This document shows, piece by piece, positions 30,194 through 38,630 of a stretch of DNA of 64,000 nt. How positions within the stretch are numbered: position 1 is the first letter of the stretch; every line of letters begins with the position of its first letter. Under the pieces are notes generated by a model. That model did not search any database, was not told the origin of the DNA, and saw only the letters and a program-made list of their open reading frames with translations. Location of the stretch: the NCBI RefSeq assembly GCF_040505565.1, contig NZ_JBEUWZ010000004.1, forward strand, positions 60,826 through 124,825. Reading direction: 5' to 3'. The translations under genes were made by a program, and so were the position numbers. The stretch comes from Oscillibacter sp. (lineage in GTDB: Bacteria > Bacillota > Clostridia > Oscillospirales > Oscillospiraceae).

Positions 30194-30379
30194 ATGTCTC
30201 AACTCAACCAAATGGAACTGCAGAACCTTCGCCATATGATTGGCGCACATGAGACTGCCTATCAGAAGATGCAGACCTATGCACAGCAGTCAACCGATCC
30301 TCAGGTAAGAGCCTTTTTTGAAAAGTCCGCGCAGAGTGCCAAGACCACAAAAGAAAACTTAATGACATTTTTAGGATAA
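30194..30379 (+). CDS. CotF-like (Coat_F domain) small spore coat protein, 61 aa
   Basis: LNQMELQNLRHMIGAHETAYQKMQTYAQQSTDPQVRAFFEKSAQSA matches the Coat F helical pattern. The RBS aaaggag is upstream. The arrangement with the next gene resembles Bacillus yraE/yraD. Confidence 0.65.
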   Translation: MSQLNQMELQNLRHMIGAHETAYQKMQTYAQQSTDPQVRAFFEKSAQSAKTTKENLMTFLG

Positions 30380-30392
30380 GGAGGAACTTGTT

Positions 30393-30635
30393 TTGCACGA
30401 AAAAGAAATGGTTAACGACGCTCTGTCTGCCGTGAAAAGTGAGATGACATTCTACTCCAACGCGATTGCAGAGTGTTCAAATCAGAAGCTTAGATCCACA
30501 ATTCAACAGATTCGCAACAGCTGTGAGACTTCTCAGTATGAACTTTTCCAGTTGGCCAGCTCCAAGGGGTATTATAAGCCCGCAGCGCAGGCCAGCGATA
30601 CTGAAATCCAGCAGGTAAAGTCACAGGCTCAGTAA
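30393..30635 (+). CDS. CotF-like (Coat_F domain) spore coat protein, 80 aa
   Basis: KEMVNDALSAVKSEMTFYSNAIAECSNQKLRSTIQQIRNSCETSQYELFQLASSKGYY is the classic Coat F core. It lies 13 nt after the previous gene, with an aaggagg RBS. Confidence 0.75.
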   Translation: MHEKEMVNDALSAVKSEMTFYSNAIAECSNQKLRSTIQQIRNSCETSQYELFQLASSKGYYKPAAQASDTEIQQVKSQAQ

Positions 30636-30731
30636 ATTCTGCAAAACAGCATCTAAAGTGATTTGTTCTGTATTTTAATTTTGAGCGATTCAAGCTGACC
30701 GTTAACAACGGCCTGTGATAAGAAAGCAGTG

Positions 30732-30775
30732 AAACGCCCCGAAACCTGCCGCACGGCAAGTTCCGGGGCGTTTTA
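30732..30775 (+). terminator. Hairpin terminator after the CotF-like pair
   Basis: aaacgccccgaaac ... gttccggggcgttt followed by tt. Confidence 0.5.
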
Positions 30776-30928
30776 GGGCTCAAGGTTGCTTGGTCAGAGC
30801 CAAAGATTGTTCTCATAAGCAGCAAAGAAACTGACAATTTGTGGCATAGAATTGAATTTTTCAAAAATCACACTCCGAAACGGTGGGAATAAGATGGTCT
30901 GCCAGTATTTTTTTAGGAGGTACAGTTA

Positions 30929-32305
30929 ATGGCGGATTTTGCAGTTTCCTTGACGCCGCTTCACTTTATATATCTGATCGGCGTCATCACCGTCCTGACC
31001 ACAATGATTCTCAGGAAAGATACCCCCCTCGTCTGCATTGTGTTTTTATTTTTAATTGGCCTTGTGGCCTGCGGCACGCTGACGGGAGCGATTCAGTCCG
31101 TGTTTGCATCAATTCTATATGCGGCCAAGGAATTTATGGAAATTATTGCGACCATCGCGCTGATTACGGCGCTGTCCAAGTGCTTGTCGGACCTTGGCAG
31201 CGACCGCATCATGATGCGGTCCATGTCCACCGTGATGAAGAATTCGTACATATCGTGGTGGGTTCTTGGAATTACCATGCTGGTCTTCTCGCTGTTCCTG
31301 TGGCCGTCCCCGTCCGTAGCGCTGGTGGGTGCCATTCTTCTCCCGCTGGCGGTAAAGAAGGGGCTTAAACCGCTGGCCGCGGCTATGGCGCTGAACCTGT
31401 TCGGCCATGGCGTTGCCCTGAGCGGAGACTTTGTGATTCAGGGTGCGCCGGCCATCACCGCCTCGGCGGCGGGGATTGACACCCACCTCTTCATTTCTGA
31501 AGGCATGCCGTTGTTTTTGGTAATGAGCGTCACGACGGTGGTGTCCGCTTTTATCATCAATCGCAAGGAAATGGGGCAAACTGAAAGCGTTTCCGTGACT
31601 GCGGAGCAAAAAGAGAACACTGAAAATCGCTTTCCCCGGGCGGCAATGCTGCTGGCCATTTTGGCGCCGGCGGCATTTATTGCCGACGTGGTACTCATGG
31701 CGGTCTTTAATCTCAAGGGCGGCGATGCAACCAGTCTCGTCTCCGGCACTGCGGTCGTGGTACTGGTCATTGGTTCGGTGGCCGGGTTTGGAAAAGAAAG
31801 TCTGGATCGGTTCACAAATTATATTTCGGACGGATTTCTGTTTGCCATTCGTATCTTTGCACCTGTCATTATCATCGGCGCGTTTTTCTTCCTTGGCGGC
31901 AGTGGAATTACCACCATTCTGGGTGAGAAATACCAGAGCGGAATTCTGAACGACTGGGCCGTTTGGCTGGCCGGCGTTACACCGTTGAATAAATATGTGG
32001 TCACGCTGATTCAGATGGTCATCGGCGGACTGACCGGTTTGGACGGCTCCGGATTCTCCGGACTTCCGTTGGTGGGATCTCTGGCCAATACATTCGGCAC
32101 CGCGGTCGACTGCTCGGTGCCGCTGCTGGGTGCGCTGGGACAAATCGCTGCCATCTTTATCGGCGGCGGTACCATCATTCCCTGGGGCCTGATGCCGGTG
32201 GCAGCCATCGCTAATGTGAATCCGCTGGAACTCGCGCGGAAAAACTTTGTTCCGGTTATGATCGGCTTCTTCTTCACTTTCTTGACCGCGTGCCTGCTGA
32301 TTTAA
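30929..32305 (+). CDS. Polytopic permease (ion-transporter superfamily, NhaC/YuiF-like; substrate unknown)
   Basis: 458 aa and hydrophobic throughout (more than 10 predicted TMH by eye). The RBS aggagg lies 8 nt upstream. The family assignment is tentative. Confidence 0.7.
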   Translation: MADFAVSLTPLHFIYLIGVITVLTTMILRKDTPLVCIVFLFLIGLVACGTLTGAIQSVFASILYAAKEFMEIIATIALITALSKCLSDLGSDRIMMRSMSTVMKNSYISWWVLGITMLVFSLFLWPSPSVALVGAILLPLAVKKGLKPLAAAMALNLFGHGVALSGDFVIQGAPAITASAAGIDTHLFISEGMPLFLVMSVTTVVSAFIINRKEMGQTESVSVTAEQKENTENRFPRAAMLLAILAPAAFIADVVLMAVFNLKGGDATSLVSGTAVVVLVIGSVAGFGKESLDRFTNYISDGFLFAIRIFAPVIIIGAFFFLGGSGITTILGEKYQSGILNDWAVWLAGVTPLNKYVVTLIQMVIGGLTGLDGSGFSGLPLVGSLANTFGTAVDCSVPLLGALGQIAAIFIGGGTIIPWGLMPVAAIANVNPLELARKNFVPVMIGFFFTFLTACLLI

Positions 32306-32320
32306 TGAGGAGGCAATGCT

Positions 32321-34174
32321 ATGTGTGGAATCGCGGGATTTTATAACGCAAACAAAAACTATCTGACTGAGCGGGAGCGCTATACGGACATTTTGGAAAA
32401 AATGAACGTCGCCCAGCATCACAGAGGTCCGGACGACTGCGGTACGCTCCTGGATGCCCATGTCGGTCTGGCTCACACGCGGCTTGCAATCATTGACCTG
32501 AATACGGGCCGTCAGCCCATGTCCAAAACCATGGACGGACGAACCTGGACAATTGTATATAATGGGGAACTCTACAATACCGCCGAACTTCGCGGGGACC
32601 TTGCGGCCAAGGGGTGGACCTTTGAAACCACCAGCGACACGGAAGTGATTCTGGTGGGTATGATGGAGTATGGGTCTGAATTTGTGAAACGGCTCAACGG
32701 CATTTTTGCCTTTGCTGTCTACGACCCTGTACACGACAGGGCGACGCTGTTCCGGGATCGCTGCGGTGTAAAACCGCTCTTTTATACCGTGCAGGACGGG
32801 AATTTGATTTTCTCGTCGGAGATCAAGGGACTGTTTGTATTTCCCGGTATGAAGCCACGTCTGGATCGCCGGGGTCTCAACGAGATTTTCAGCATCGGCC
32901 CCGCAAAATCTTACGGTGTGGGCGTATTTCGCGACGTGGAGGAGCTGCTTCCCGGACATTTGCTCACGGCATCACCGGACGGAATCTCCGTGGAATGCTA
33001 TTGGAAGCTGGTCAGCCGGGTTCATGAGGATGATTTCACGACCACAGTGGAGACCACCCGGGAGTTGGTGCTGGATTCCATTCGGCGGCAGATGGTCTCC
33101 GACGTACCGATCTGTACGTTCCTCTCCGGCGGGGTGGACAGCAGTCTGGTGACGGCCATCTGCGCGGAGGAGCTGAAAAAAAAGGGTGAGCAGCTCCGTA
33201 CGTTTTCCTTTGACTTCACGGGAAACGACCGCAATTTCAAGCCCTCATCCTTCCAGCCGTCCCAGGACCGGCCCTATGCAGATCTTGTGGTTGACTATCT
33301 GAAAACGGATCACCGGTACCTGGAATGCAGTACGGAGGATCAGTTTGCCTGCCTGGAGGCTTCCGTGGACGCCCATGACCTTCCGTGCATGGCGGACGTG
33401 GACTCCTCACTCATTTATTTCTGCAAGGAGGCCAGCCGGTACAACAAGGTGGTTCTGACCGGCGAGTGCGCCGACGAAATTTTTGGCGGATACCCATGGT
33501 TCCACAAAAAGGAGTGCTTCGAGGCAGACACCTTCCCGTGGACCATGGATCTGGAAGCGCGCAAGGTACTGCTGCGGGATGATTTTCTGGATTATCTGGG
33601 GATGGACGACTATGTGGCCGAAACCTATCAGCGTTCGGTCGCCGAAACGCCCCGGCTGGCGCAGGATACACCGGAGGAAGCCCGCCGCCGCGAGATTGCC
33701 TATCTGAACATCCGGTGGTTCATGCAGACGCTATTGGACCGCATGGACCGCACCAGCATGTTCTCCGGACTGGAGGCCCGGGTGCCCTTTGCGGACCATC
33801 GGATTTTGGAGTACGTCTGGAATGTGCCCTGGGAGATGAAGACGAAAGACGGCGTCGTGAAGGCGCTGCTGCGCTCGTGCGGCGTCGGGCATCTGCCGGA
33901 CTCGGTGCTATACCGCCGCAAATCCCCGTATCCCAAGACCTATGACCGGCAATATGAGACGTTGCTCTCCAAGCGAGTACGGGACATCATGGCGGATTCC
34001 AGTTCGCCCGTGCGGCAGTTTCTGGACCCCAAAAAGGTGGAAGTATTTCTTTCCAGTCCCTCGGATTACGGAAAACCGTGGTACGGGCAGCTGATGGCAG
34101 GACCGCAAATGCTGGCGTATATCATTCAGGTGAATTACTGGATGAAGAAGTGGAACATTGCCCTGCTCCCATAG
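32321..34174 (+). CDS. asnB: Asparagine synthase (glutamine-hydrolysing)
   Basis: The MCGIAG N-terminal nucleophile Cys2, the SGGVDSS PP-loop and the 617-aa length all fit. It lies 15 nt after the permease, with a gaggagg RBS. Confidence 0.9.
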   Translation: MCGIAGFYNANKNYLTERERYTDILEKMNVAQHHRGPDDCGTLLDAHVGLAHTRLAIIDLNTGRQPMSKTMDGRTWTIVYNGELYNTAELRGDLAAKGWTFETTSDTEVILVGMMEYGSEFVKRLNGIFAFAVYDPVHDRATLFRDRCGVKPLFYTVQDGNLIFSSEIKGLFVFPGMKPRLDRRGLNEIFSIGPAKSYGVGVFRDVEELLPGHLLTASPDGISVECYWKLVSRVHEDDFTTTVETTRELVLDSIRRQMVSDVPICTFLSGGVDSSLVTAICAEELKKKGEQLRTFSFDFTGNDRNFKPSSFQPSQDRPYADLVVDYLKTDHRYLECSTEDQFACLEASVDAHDLPCMADVDSSLIYFCKEASRYNKVVLTGECADEIFGGYPWFHKKECFEADTFPWTMDLEARKVLLRDDFLDYLGMDDYVAETYQRSVAETPRLAQDTPEEARRREIAYLNIRWFMQTLLDRMDRTSMFSGLEARVPFADHRILEYVWNVPWEMKTKDGVVKALLRSCGVGHLPDSVLYRRKSPYPKTYDRQYETLLSKRVRDIMADSSSPVRQFLDPKKVEVFLSSPSDYGKPWYGQLMAGPQMLAYIIQVNYWMKKWNIALLP

Positions 34175-34303
34175 CGGAGCCAAATTTCCAGTTCAGCCTG
34201 TTCCCTGCCGTGATTTAAGTTATCATGGTATAGCGTTGCCTCTTTTTGCGGGCACGGCGCATGATTTGGGGCAGCAATCAAATACTAAATCCGGGGTGAT
34301 CAT

Positions 34304-35014
34304 TTGGCTGACGGCAGCTCTTTGTTCGAGGAAATCGAGCAGCACTTGCTTTCTGACGAAAAGCCATCCCGCTTCCTGTCGGAGCTCGCCGGTTCCTCCG
34401 CACTGGGCGAGTATCCGTTCGACATGCTGAAACGGCTGCAACCAACGCCGCAATCCCCCCGGTACCATCCGGAGGGAAGCGCCTGGAATCACACTCTGCT
34501 GGTCGTGGACGAAGCCGCGGGGATCAAGACAAAAAGCGCCGATCCCCGCGCTTTCATGTGGGCTGCGCTGCTGCACGACATCGGCAAGCCCTCCACAACC
34601 GTTCGCAGAAACGGTAAAATCACATCCTATGACCACGATAAGGCGGGCGCTCTTCTCACAAGAGAGTTCCTTGGCGTTTTTACAGCGGACATGGACTTCA
34701 TCGAGCGGACGGCCCAGCTGGTTCGCTATCACATGCAGATTCTGTTCGTGGGAAGAAACCTGCCTTTTGCCGATCTTGAGGGAATGAAGCGGAATACGGA
34801 TGTCCGGGAGATCGCCCTTCTGGGGCTTTGCGACAGGCTGGGGCGGCAAGGGGCGGATCGACAGCAGGAGCAGGAAAATATCCGCACTTTTTTGGAAGTA
34901 TGCAATTCGCAATCAGGAGGCAGGCTTCATAAAGCCGGACACGGACAGCGTGGACAGTTTCCGATACAGTTCAGACATGGCAACTCGGATGTACCTTACG
35001 GGCGGAAGCGGTAA
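34304..35014 (+). CDS. Stand-alone HD-domain phosphohydrolase
   Basis: SPRYHPEGSAWNHTLLVVDEA ... AALLHDIGKP resembles the HD domain of CCA-adding enzymes. The start is TTG. The last ~40 aa look low-complexity and basic, so the exact C-terminus is uncertain. Confidence 0.7.
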   Translation: MADGSSLFEEIEQHLLSDEKPSRFLSELAGSSALGEYPFDMLKRLQPTPQSPRYHPEGSAWNHTLLVVDEAAGIKTKSADPRAFMWAALLHDIGKPSTTVRRNGKITSYDHDKAGALLTREFLGVFTADMDFIERTAQLVRYHMQILFVGRNLPFADLEGMKRNTDVREIALLGLCDRLGRQGADRQQEQENIRTFLEVCNSQSGGRLHKAGHGQRGQFPIQFRHGNSDVPYGRKR

Positions 35015-35019
35015 AGCAG

Positions 35020-35061
35020 AAAAGCATGGTTCCCGGATACTTCCGGGAACCATGCTTTTTT
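35020..35061. terminator. Bidirectional intrinsic terminator between convergent genes
   Basis: Perfect 18-bp stem aaaagcatggttcccgga/tccgggaaccatgctttt with a 4-nt loop and A/T runs on both sides. Confidence 0.8.
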
Positions 35062-35070
35062 ATTCAAAGT

Positions 35071-36735
35071 TCAGGCCAGCAAACTGTTCCAGTTCCAGCC
35101 GTGTTCCGTGGGGATGGTCCCCAACCGCCACAGCGACAATCCGGTAATCCCCAGCAGCTTTGCGGCGTTCAGTTTAACCTGCACGCTGTCGTCGTTGTCG
35201 TACCAGACGAAGTAGCGGCTGCCGTCCTCTGTGGTATAGACCGCGTAGGGCTGCTGGTAGGTATCCGACCAGCCCGCTTCCGTGTCGGACTGATTCAGCC
35301 GCAGATACAGCGTCTCGTTGGAGGGATATACCGGTGTGCCGGAGAGCAGCTTTCCGTCAGCGCCGATCTTCCAGGCCATCGGCTTGCTGGAGTAGCCCAG
35401 AAGGAGCTTGGACGTATCTGCCACACCGGTGTTGGGGTCAGTCGCGGCCAGCAGCGAGGCGTACACCTGGTCGGCGGGGGCCGGCGCGGCGGTCTTATAA
35501 TACTCCGTCCCCACATAGGCGGTCAGATCCGCGGCGTTGTAGTCATAGGCCATCAGGATCACCTTGTCGGCCAGCCGGCCGATGGCGGGGTAATCGTAGC
35601 CGTCGTAGTAGCTTCCAGTGGTCAAAACCGGGGAAACGCATACATACAAGCTCTTGCCAAGGGAATGTACTTTACCCGCAAGAGCGGTGATAAACGCGGT
35701 GAAATTCTCTTTTTGCGCGGCCCGCAGTCCCTCAAAATCAATGGTCACACCGTAATAGGGGTTCTTTCCGACTACGTTGTAGGTAACGGTCAGTTCATTT
35801 GTGATCTGCTCCACTGCCGCTTCCCTGCCGTTGGCCGAGGCCAGCAGGTCCCTCACTCCGCCGGAGACATCCATAAATACGCTGAGGTTCAGCGAAGTGC
35901 CATTGATATCCAGATTGCCGGTCACATCCTGATAGCTGCTGGGGACGGCGTACTCATTGCCACCCGCCGAGGTGGTGGACAGCAGAGCCGTCGTCCCGTT
36001 CCAGGTCATCCGGCTCCATCCGGCGCTGACCGCCGCCATCCCGTTCGACAAGCCGATTTGGCTGTATGAGGAGATGGCGTAAAATGCGTGGACGAAATCG
36101 ACTTTCCTGTTCAGCTTTTCATAGATGCGCACCAGCATGGCCGCAGCCTGCGCCCGGGTGGCGGTGGCAGAGGGCGCGAAGGTGGTGGCGCTAGTGCCGG
36201 AGGTCATGCCGATCTGATAGGCTACGGCCACGTACCCCTTCCCCGCCGTCACGTCGGTAAACGGCAGGGAGACCTGCTTTCCCTCAATGGCGGCGGCGCC
36301 CTTCAGGCCCAGCGCCCGCACCAGCATTTCGGACATCTCGGCCCGGGTAATGGGGGCGTTGGGCCGGAAGGCCCCTCCGCCATCCACCACGTCGTGGGCA
36401 AGAGCTGTCTGCGCCGCGGAGTACCATGCGTGGGAGGCGGGCACATCGGTAAAGGTCGGCTGGGCCGGGGTCTCCGTGGCCCAGTTCATGGTCTTTGCCA
36501 TCATCCGCACCAGCACCCCAGCAAACTGCCCCCGGGTCATGGAATCGGAATAGCCGAAGGATGTAGTGCTGTACCCGCCCATCAGACCGTAATCCACGGC
36601 CTTCTGCACCTCTGATGCAAGAGAGCTTTCGGCGGGAACGTCCTGAAAGGACGTGGCGAAGGCCATGGCCGAAACAGGCAGCGCCAGAGACGCCGACAAA
36701 GCGGCGGTCAGCAGCGCCGCAATAAATTTTTTCAT
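35071..36735 (-). CDS. SLH-anchored glycoside hydrolase family 18 protein (YaaH/SleL-like)
   Basis: Signal peptide MKKFIAALLTAALSASLALPVSAMA, then three SLH-type repeats (FQDV..., FTDVPASHW..., FTDVTAG...). The C-terminal GH18 barrel has GVTIDFEGL and MAYDYN motifs. The start (36735 or 36750) is ambiguous. Confidence 0.8.
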   Translation of the reverse strand: MKKFIAALLTAALSASLALPVSAMAFATSFQDVPAESSLASEVQKAVDYGLMGGYSTTSFGYSDSMTRGQFAGVLVRMMAKTMNWATETPAQPTFTDVPASHAWYSAAQTALAHDVVDGGGAFRPNAPITRAEMSEMLVRALGLKGAAAIEGKQVSLPFTDVTAGKGYVAVAYQIGMTSGTSATTFAPSATATRAQAAAMLVRIYEKLNRKVDFVHAFYAISSYSQIGLSNGMAAVSAGWSRMTWNGTTALLSTTSAGGNEYAVPSSYQDVTGNLDINGTSLNLSVFMDVSGGVRDLLASANGREAAVEQITNELTVTYNVVGKNPYYGVTIDFEGLRAAQKENFTAFITALAGKVHSLGKSLYVCVSPVLTTGSYYDGYDYPAIGRLADKVILMAYDYNAADLTAYVGTEYYKTAAPAPADQVYASLLAATDPNTGVADTSKLLLGYSSKPMAWKIGADGKLLSGTPVYPSNETLYLRLNQSDTEAGWSDTYQQPYAVYTTEDGSRYFVWYDNDDSVQVKLNAAKLLGITGLSLWRLGTIPTEHGWNWNSLLA

Positions 36736-36833
36736 TTGATTAATCGCCATCCTTTTCTTTCGTAAAAAATCATCTGAGGCGGGACGCATCCCGCCATACC
36801 GCAATTATAGCACCTTCAGCCGCTTCGTTCAAG

Positions 36834-37343
36834 TCATGGCCGGATGACGCCGATAATTTGGATAGGCCGGAGCAAAAGGTACTCATAGCTGTTCAGGGGG
36901 CGATTGTCAGCATCAAAGCTGTGAGCCGCCACCAGAATGTTCTCCGGGGCATAGGGCGGCTGCGCCGCCACCACCACCGGCGTATGCTGAAATCCCTGAC
37001 CGGTGAAGGACAGCTGGACCACATCTCCGGGGCGTATTTCCGTCAGCAGACACTCCCGTCCCACCGGCCCCACAGAGGACTGCGGGCGGGTAAGGAAATT
37101 GAAAAAATACTCCACACCCGTCCAGGACGGAGATTTTCGGTTAGCGTCGATGTAGTACCAGCCAAACGTCGGAAGATAGTTCATAACGCCGGACCCGGCA
37201 TAAACGCACTGGGAGGCGAAATTCGTACAGTCGCCGCCGATGCTGTCGTAGTTGTAAAAATCCGGGTTCCGTCCGTATGCCCACCGGTGGGCGTACGCTA
37301 CCGCCGCCAGGCGGTCATAATCCTGTAAAAGGCACATAGGCAC
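36834..37343 (-). CDS. Putative amidase-domain protein (Amidase_6-like)
   Basis: AVAYAHRWAYGRNPDFYNYDSIGGDCTNFASQCVYAGS matches the 'putative amidase domain' pattern with a catalytic Cys in GGDCTNF. Confidence 0.7.
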   Translation of the reverse strand: MPMCLLQDYDRLAAVAYAHRWAYGRNPDFYNYDSIGGDCTNFASQCVYAGSGVMNYLPTFGWYYIDANRKSPSWTGVEYFFNFLTRPQSSVGPVGRECLLTEIRPGDVVQLSFTGQGFQHTPVVVAAQPPYAPENILVAAHSFDADNRPLNSYEYLLLRPIQIIGVIRP

Positions 37344-37384
37344 CCCTCCCCTGCCCTCAGACTATGTTAAGCGGACGGGAAACG

Positions 37385-37420
37385 TGAAAAAAAGCAGGGA
37401 GACAAAGGTCTCCCTGCTTT
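37385..37420 (-). terminator. Intrinsic terminator after fba
   Basis: aaagcagggagac-aaag-gtctccctgcttt with a T-run on minus. Confidence 0.75.
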
Positions 37421-37436
37421 CATGCTGAAATGATGC

Positions 37437-38375
37437 TTATGCCTTGTGATCGCAGCCCAGAACGTCCACAATCTTGTGGGCGACCATCTCCTTGATGGCC
37501 TGACGGGCGGGCTTCAGGTACTGGCGGGGGTCAAAGTCGGCGGGAGCCTCCGCAAAGTGCTCGCGGATGCAGGCCGTCATGGCCAGACGCAGATCGGAGT
37601 CGATGTTGATCTTGCACACGGACAGCTCCGCGGCATGGCGCAGCTGGTCCTCGGGTACGCCGACAGCGCCGGGCATATTGCCGCCAAATTTGTTGATCTT
37701 CTCCACAAACTCCTGAGGCACGGAAGAAGAACCGTGCAGCACGATGGGGAATCCGGGCAGACGCCGGGAGACCTCCTCCAGCACGTCGAACCGCAGCTGG
37801 GGCTTGGTGCCGGGCTTGAACTTGTAAGCGCCGTGGCTGGTGCCGATAGCAATAGCCAGAGAGTCGCAGCCGGACTTGGTGACAAACTCTTCCACCTCTT
37901 CGGGGTGGGTATAGGAGGAGTCCTCAGACTTGACCTTTACATCGTCCTCAATGCCGGCCAGAGTGCCCAGCTCCGCCTCGACCACCACGCCGTGGTCGTG
38001 GGCGTATTCCACGACCTTTTTGGTAATCTCAATGTTCTCGGCGAAGGACTTGCCGGAGGCGTCGATCATGACGGAGGTGAAGCCGCCGTCGATGCAGCTC
38101 TTGCAGGTCTCAAAATCCGGACCGTGGTCCAGATGGAGTACGATGGGGATATTGGGGCACTCAATGACCGCAGCCTCCACCAACTTCAAAAGGTAGGTGT
38201 GGTTGGCATAGGCCCGGGCGCCCTTGGACACCTGAAGGATCAGGGGAGCGCTGAGATCACGGGCAGCCTCGGTAATCCCCTGCACGATCTCCATATTGTT
38301 GACATTGAATGCGCCGATAGCGTAGCCGCCGTCATAAGCTTTCTTGAACATTTCGGTTGATGTGACCAGTGGCAT
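37437..38375 (-). CDS. fba: Class II fructose-1,6-bisphosphate aldolase
   Basis: PLVTSTEMFKKAYDGGYAIGAFNVNN, HLDHG and LHGSSSVP motifs. The start was trimmed to MPLV, where the RBS aggag is correctly spaced. Confidence 0.9.
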   Translation of the reverse strand: MPLVTSTEMFKKAYDGGYAIGAFNVNNMEIVQGITEAARDLSAPLILQVSKGARAYANHTYLLKLVEAAVIECPNIPIVLHLDHGPDFETCKSCIDGGFTSVMIDASGKSFAENIEITKKVVEYAHDHGVVVEAELGTLAGIEDDVKVKSEDSSYTHPEEVEEFVTKSGCDSLAIAIGTSHGAYKFKPGTKPQLRFDVLEEVSRRLPGFPIVLHGSSSVPQEFVEKINKFGGNMPGAVGVPEDQLRHAAELSVCKINIDSDLRLAMTACIREHFAEAPADFDPRQYLKPARQAIKEMVAHKIVDVLGCDHKA

Positions 38376-38630
38376 ATCAATCATCTCCTGTCAAAATTAT
38401 CAGTTTTCCCCGTCTTCCGGCGCCGCCGGAGTCCCAAATTCGCCGCTCTGGTGAAGAAATCCAGTTCAGTACCAATTAAATTAGAGGAAAACGATTTTCT
38501 TTTATGATAATATCACAGAAAAAATAAAATGCAAGTATTTACAATTATATTTTGTCATGGTAAGATAATTTTGCCAATATGTACAAGACAAACCCGGTTT
38601 TCCGGGATGAAAAATCAGGAGGTAAAATTC

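Noticed and set aside
31115-32959. 614-aa minus-strand ORF spanning the permease and asnB genes
   Set aside because: It is antisense to two well-supported genes and crosses their intergenic RBS. The composition is the Arg/Gly/His/Gln-rich low complexity typical of antisense frames in GC-rich DNA, with no motifs.
32321-34174. AsnB homologue as a lasso-peptide cyclase / RiPP cluster core (with the neighbouring transporter and Cys-rich small proteins)
   Set aside because: The protein keeps the N-terminal MCGIAG glutaminase nucleophile and full AsnB length. There is no B-type protease or RRE and no plausible precursor in the operon, and the transporter is not an ABC exporter. It is an ordinary asparagine synthase.
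28369-35070. Search for an attR-type direct repeat of the tRNA-Arg 3' end, and for an integrase, to define a genomic island
   Set aside because: Reading by eye, I found no copy of the GGTTCGAATCCCTCACGGCGTACCA segment and no recombinase gene. The island boundary therefore cannot be defined, and mobile_element is not called. A computational repeat search is needed to be sure.
35026-36069. 347-aa plus-strand ORF
   Set aside because: It is antisense to the SLH-GH18 gene, which has a signal peptide, SLH repeats and GH18 motifs.
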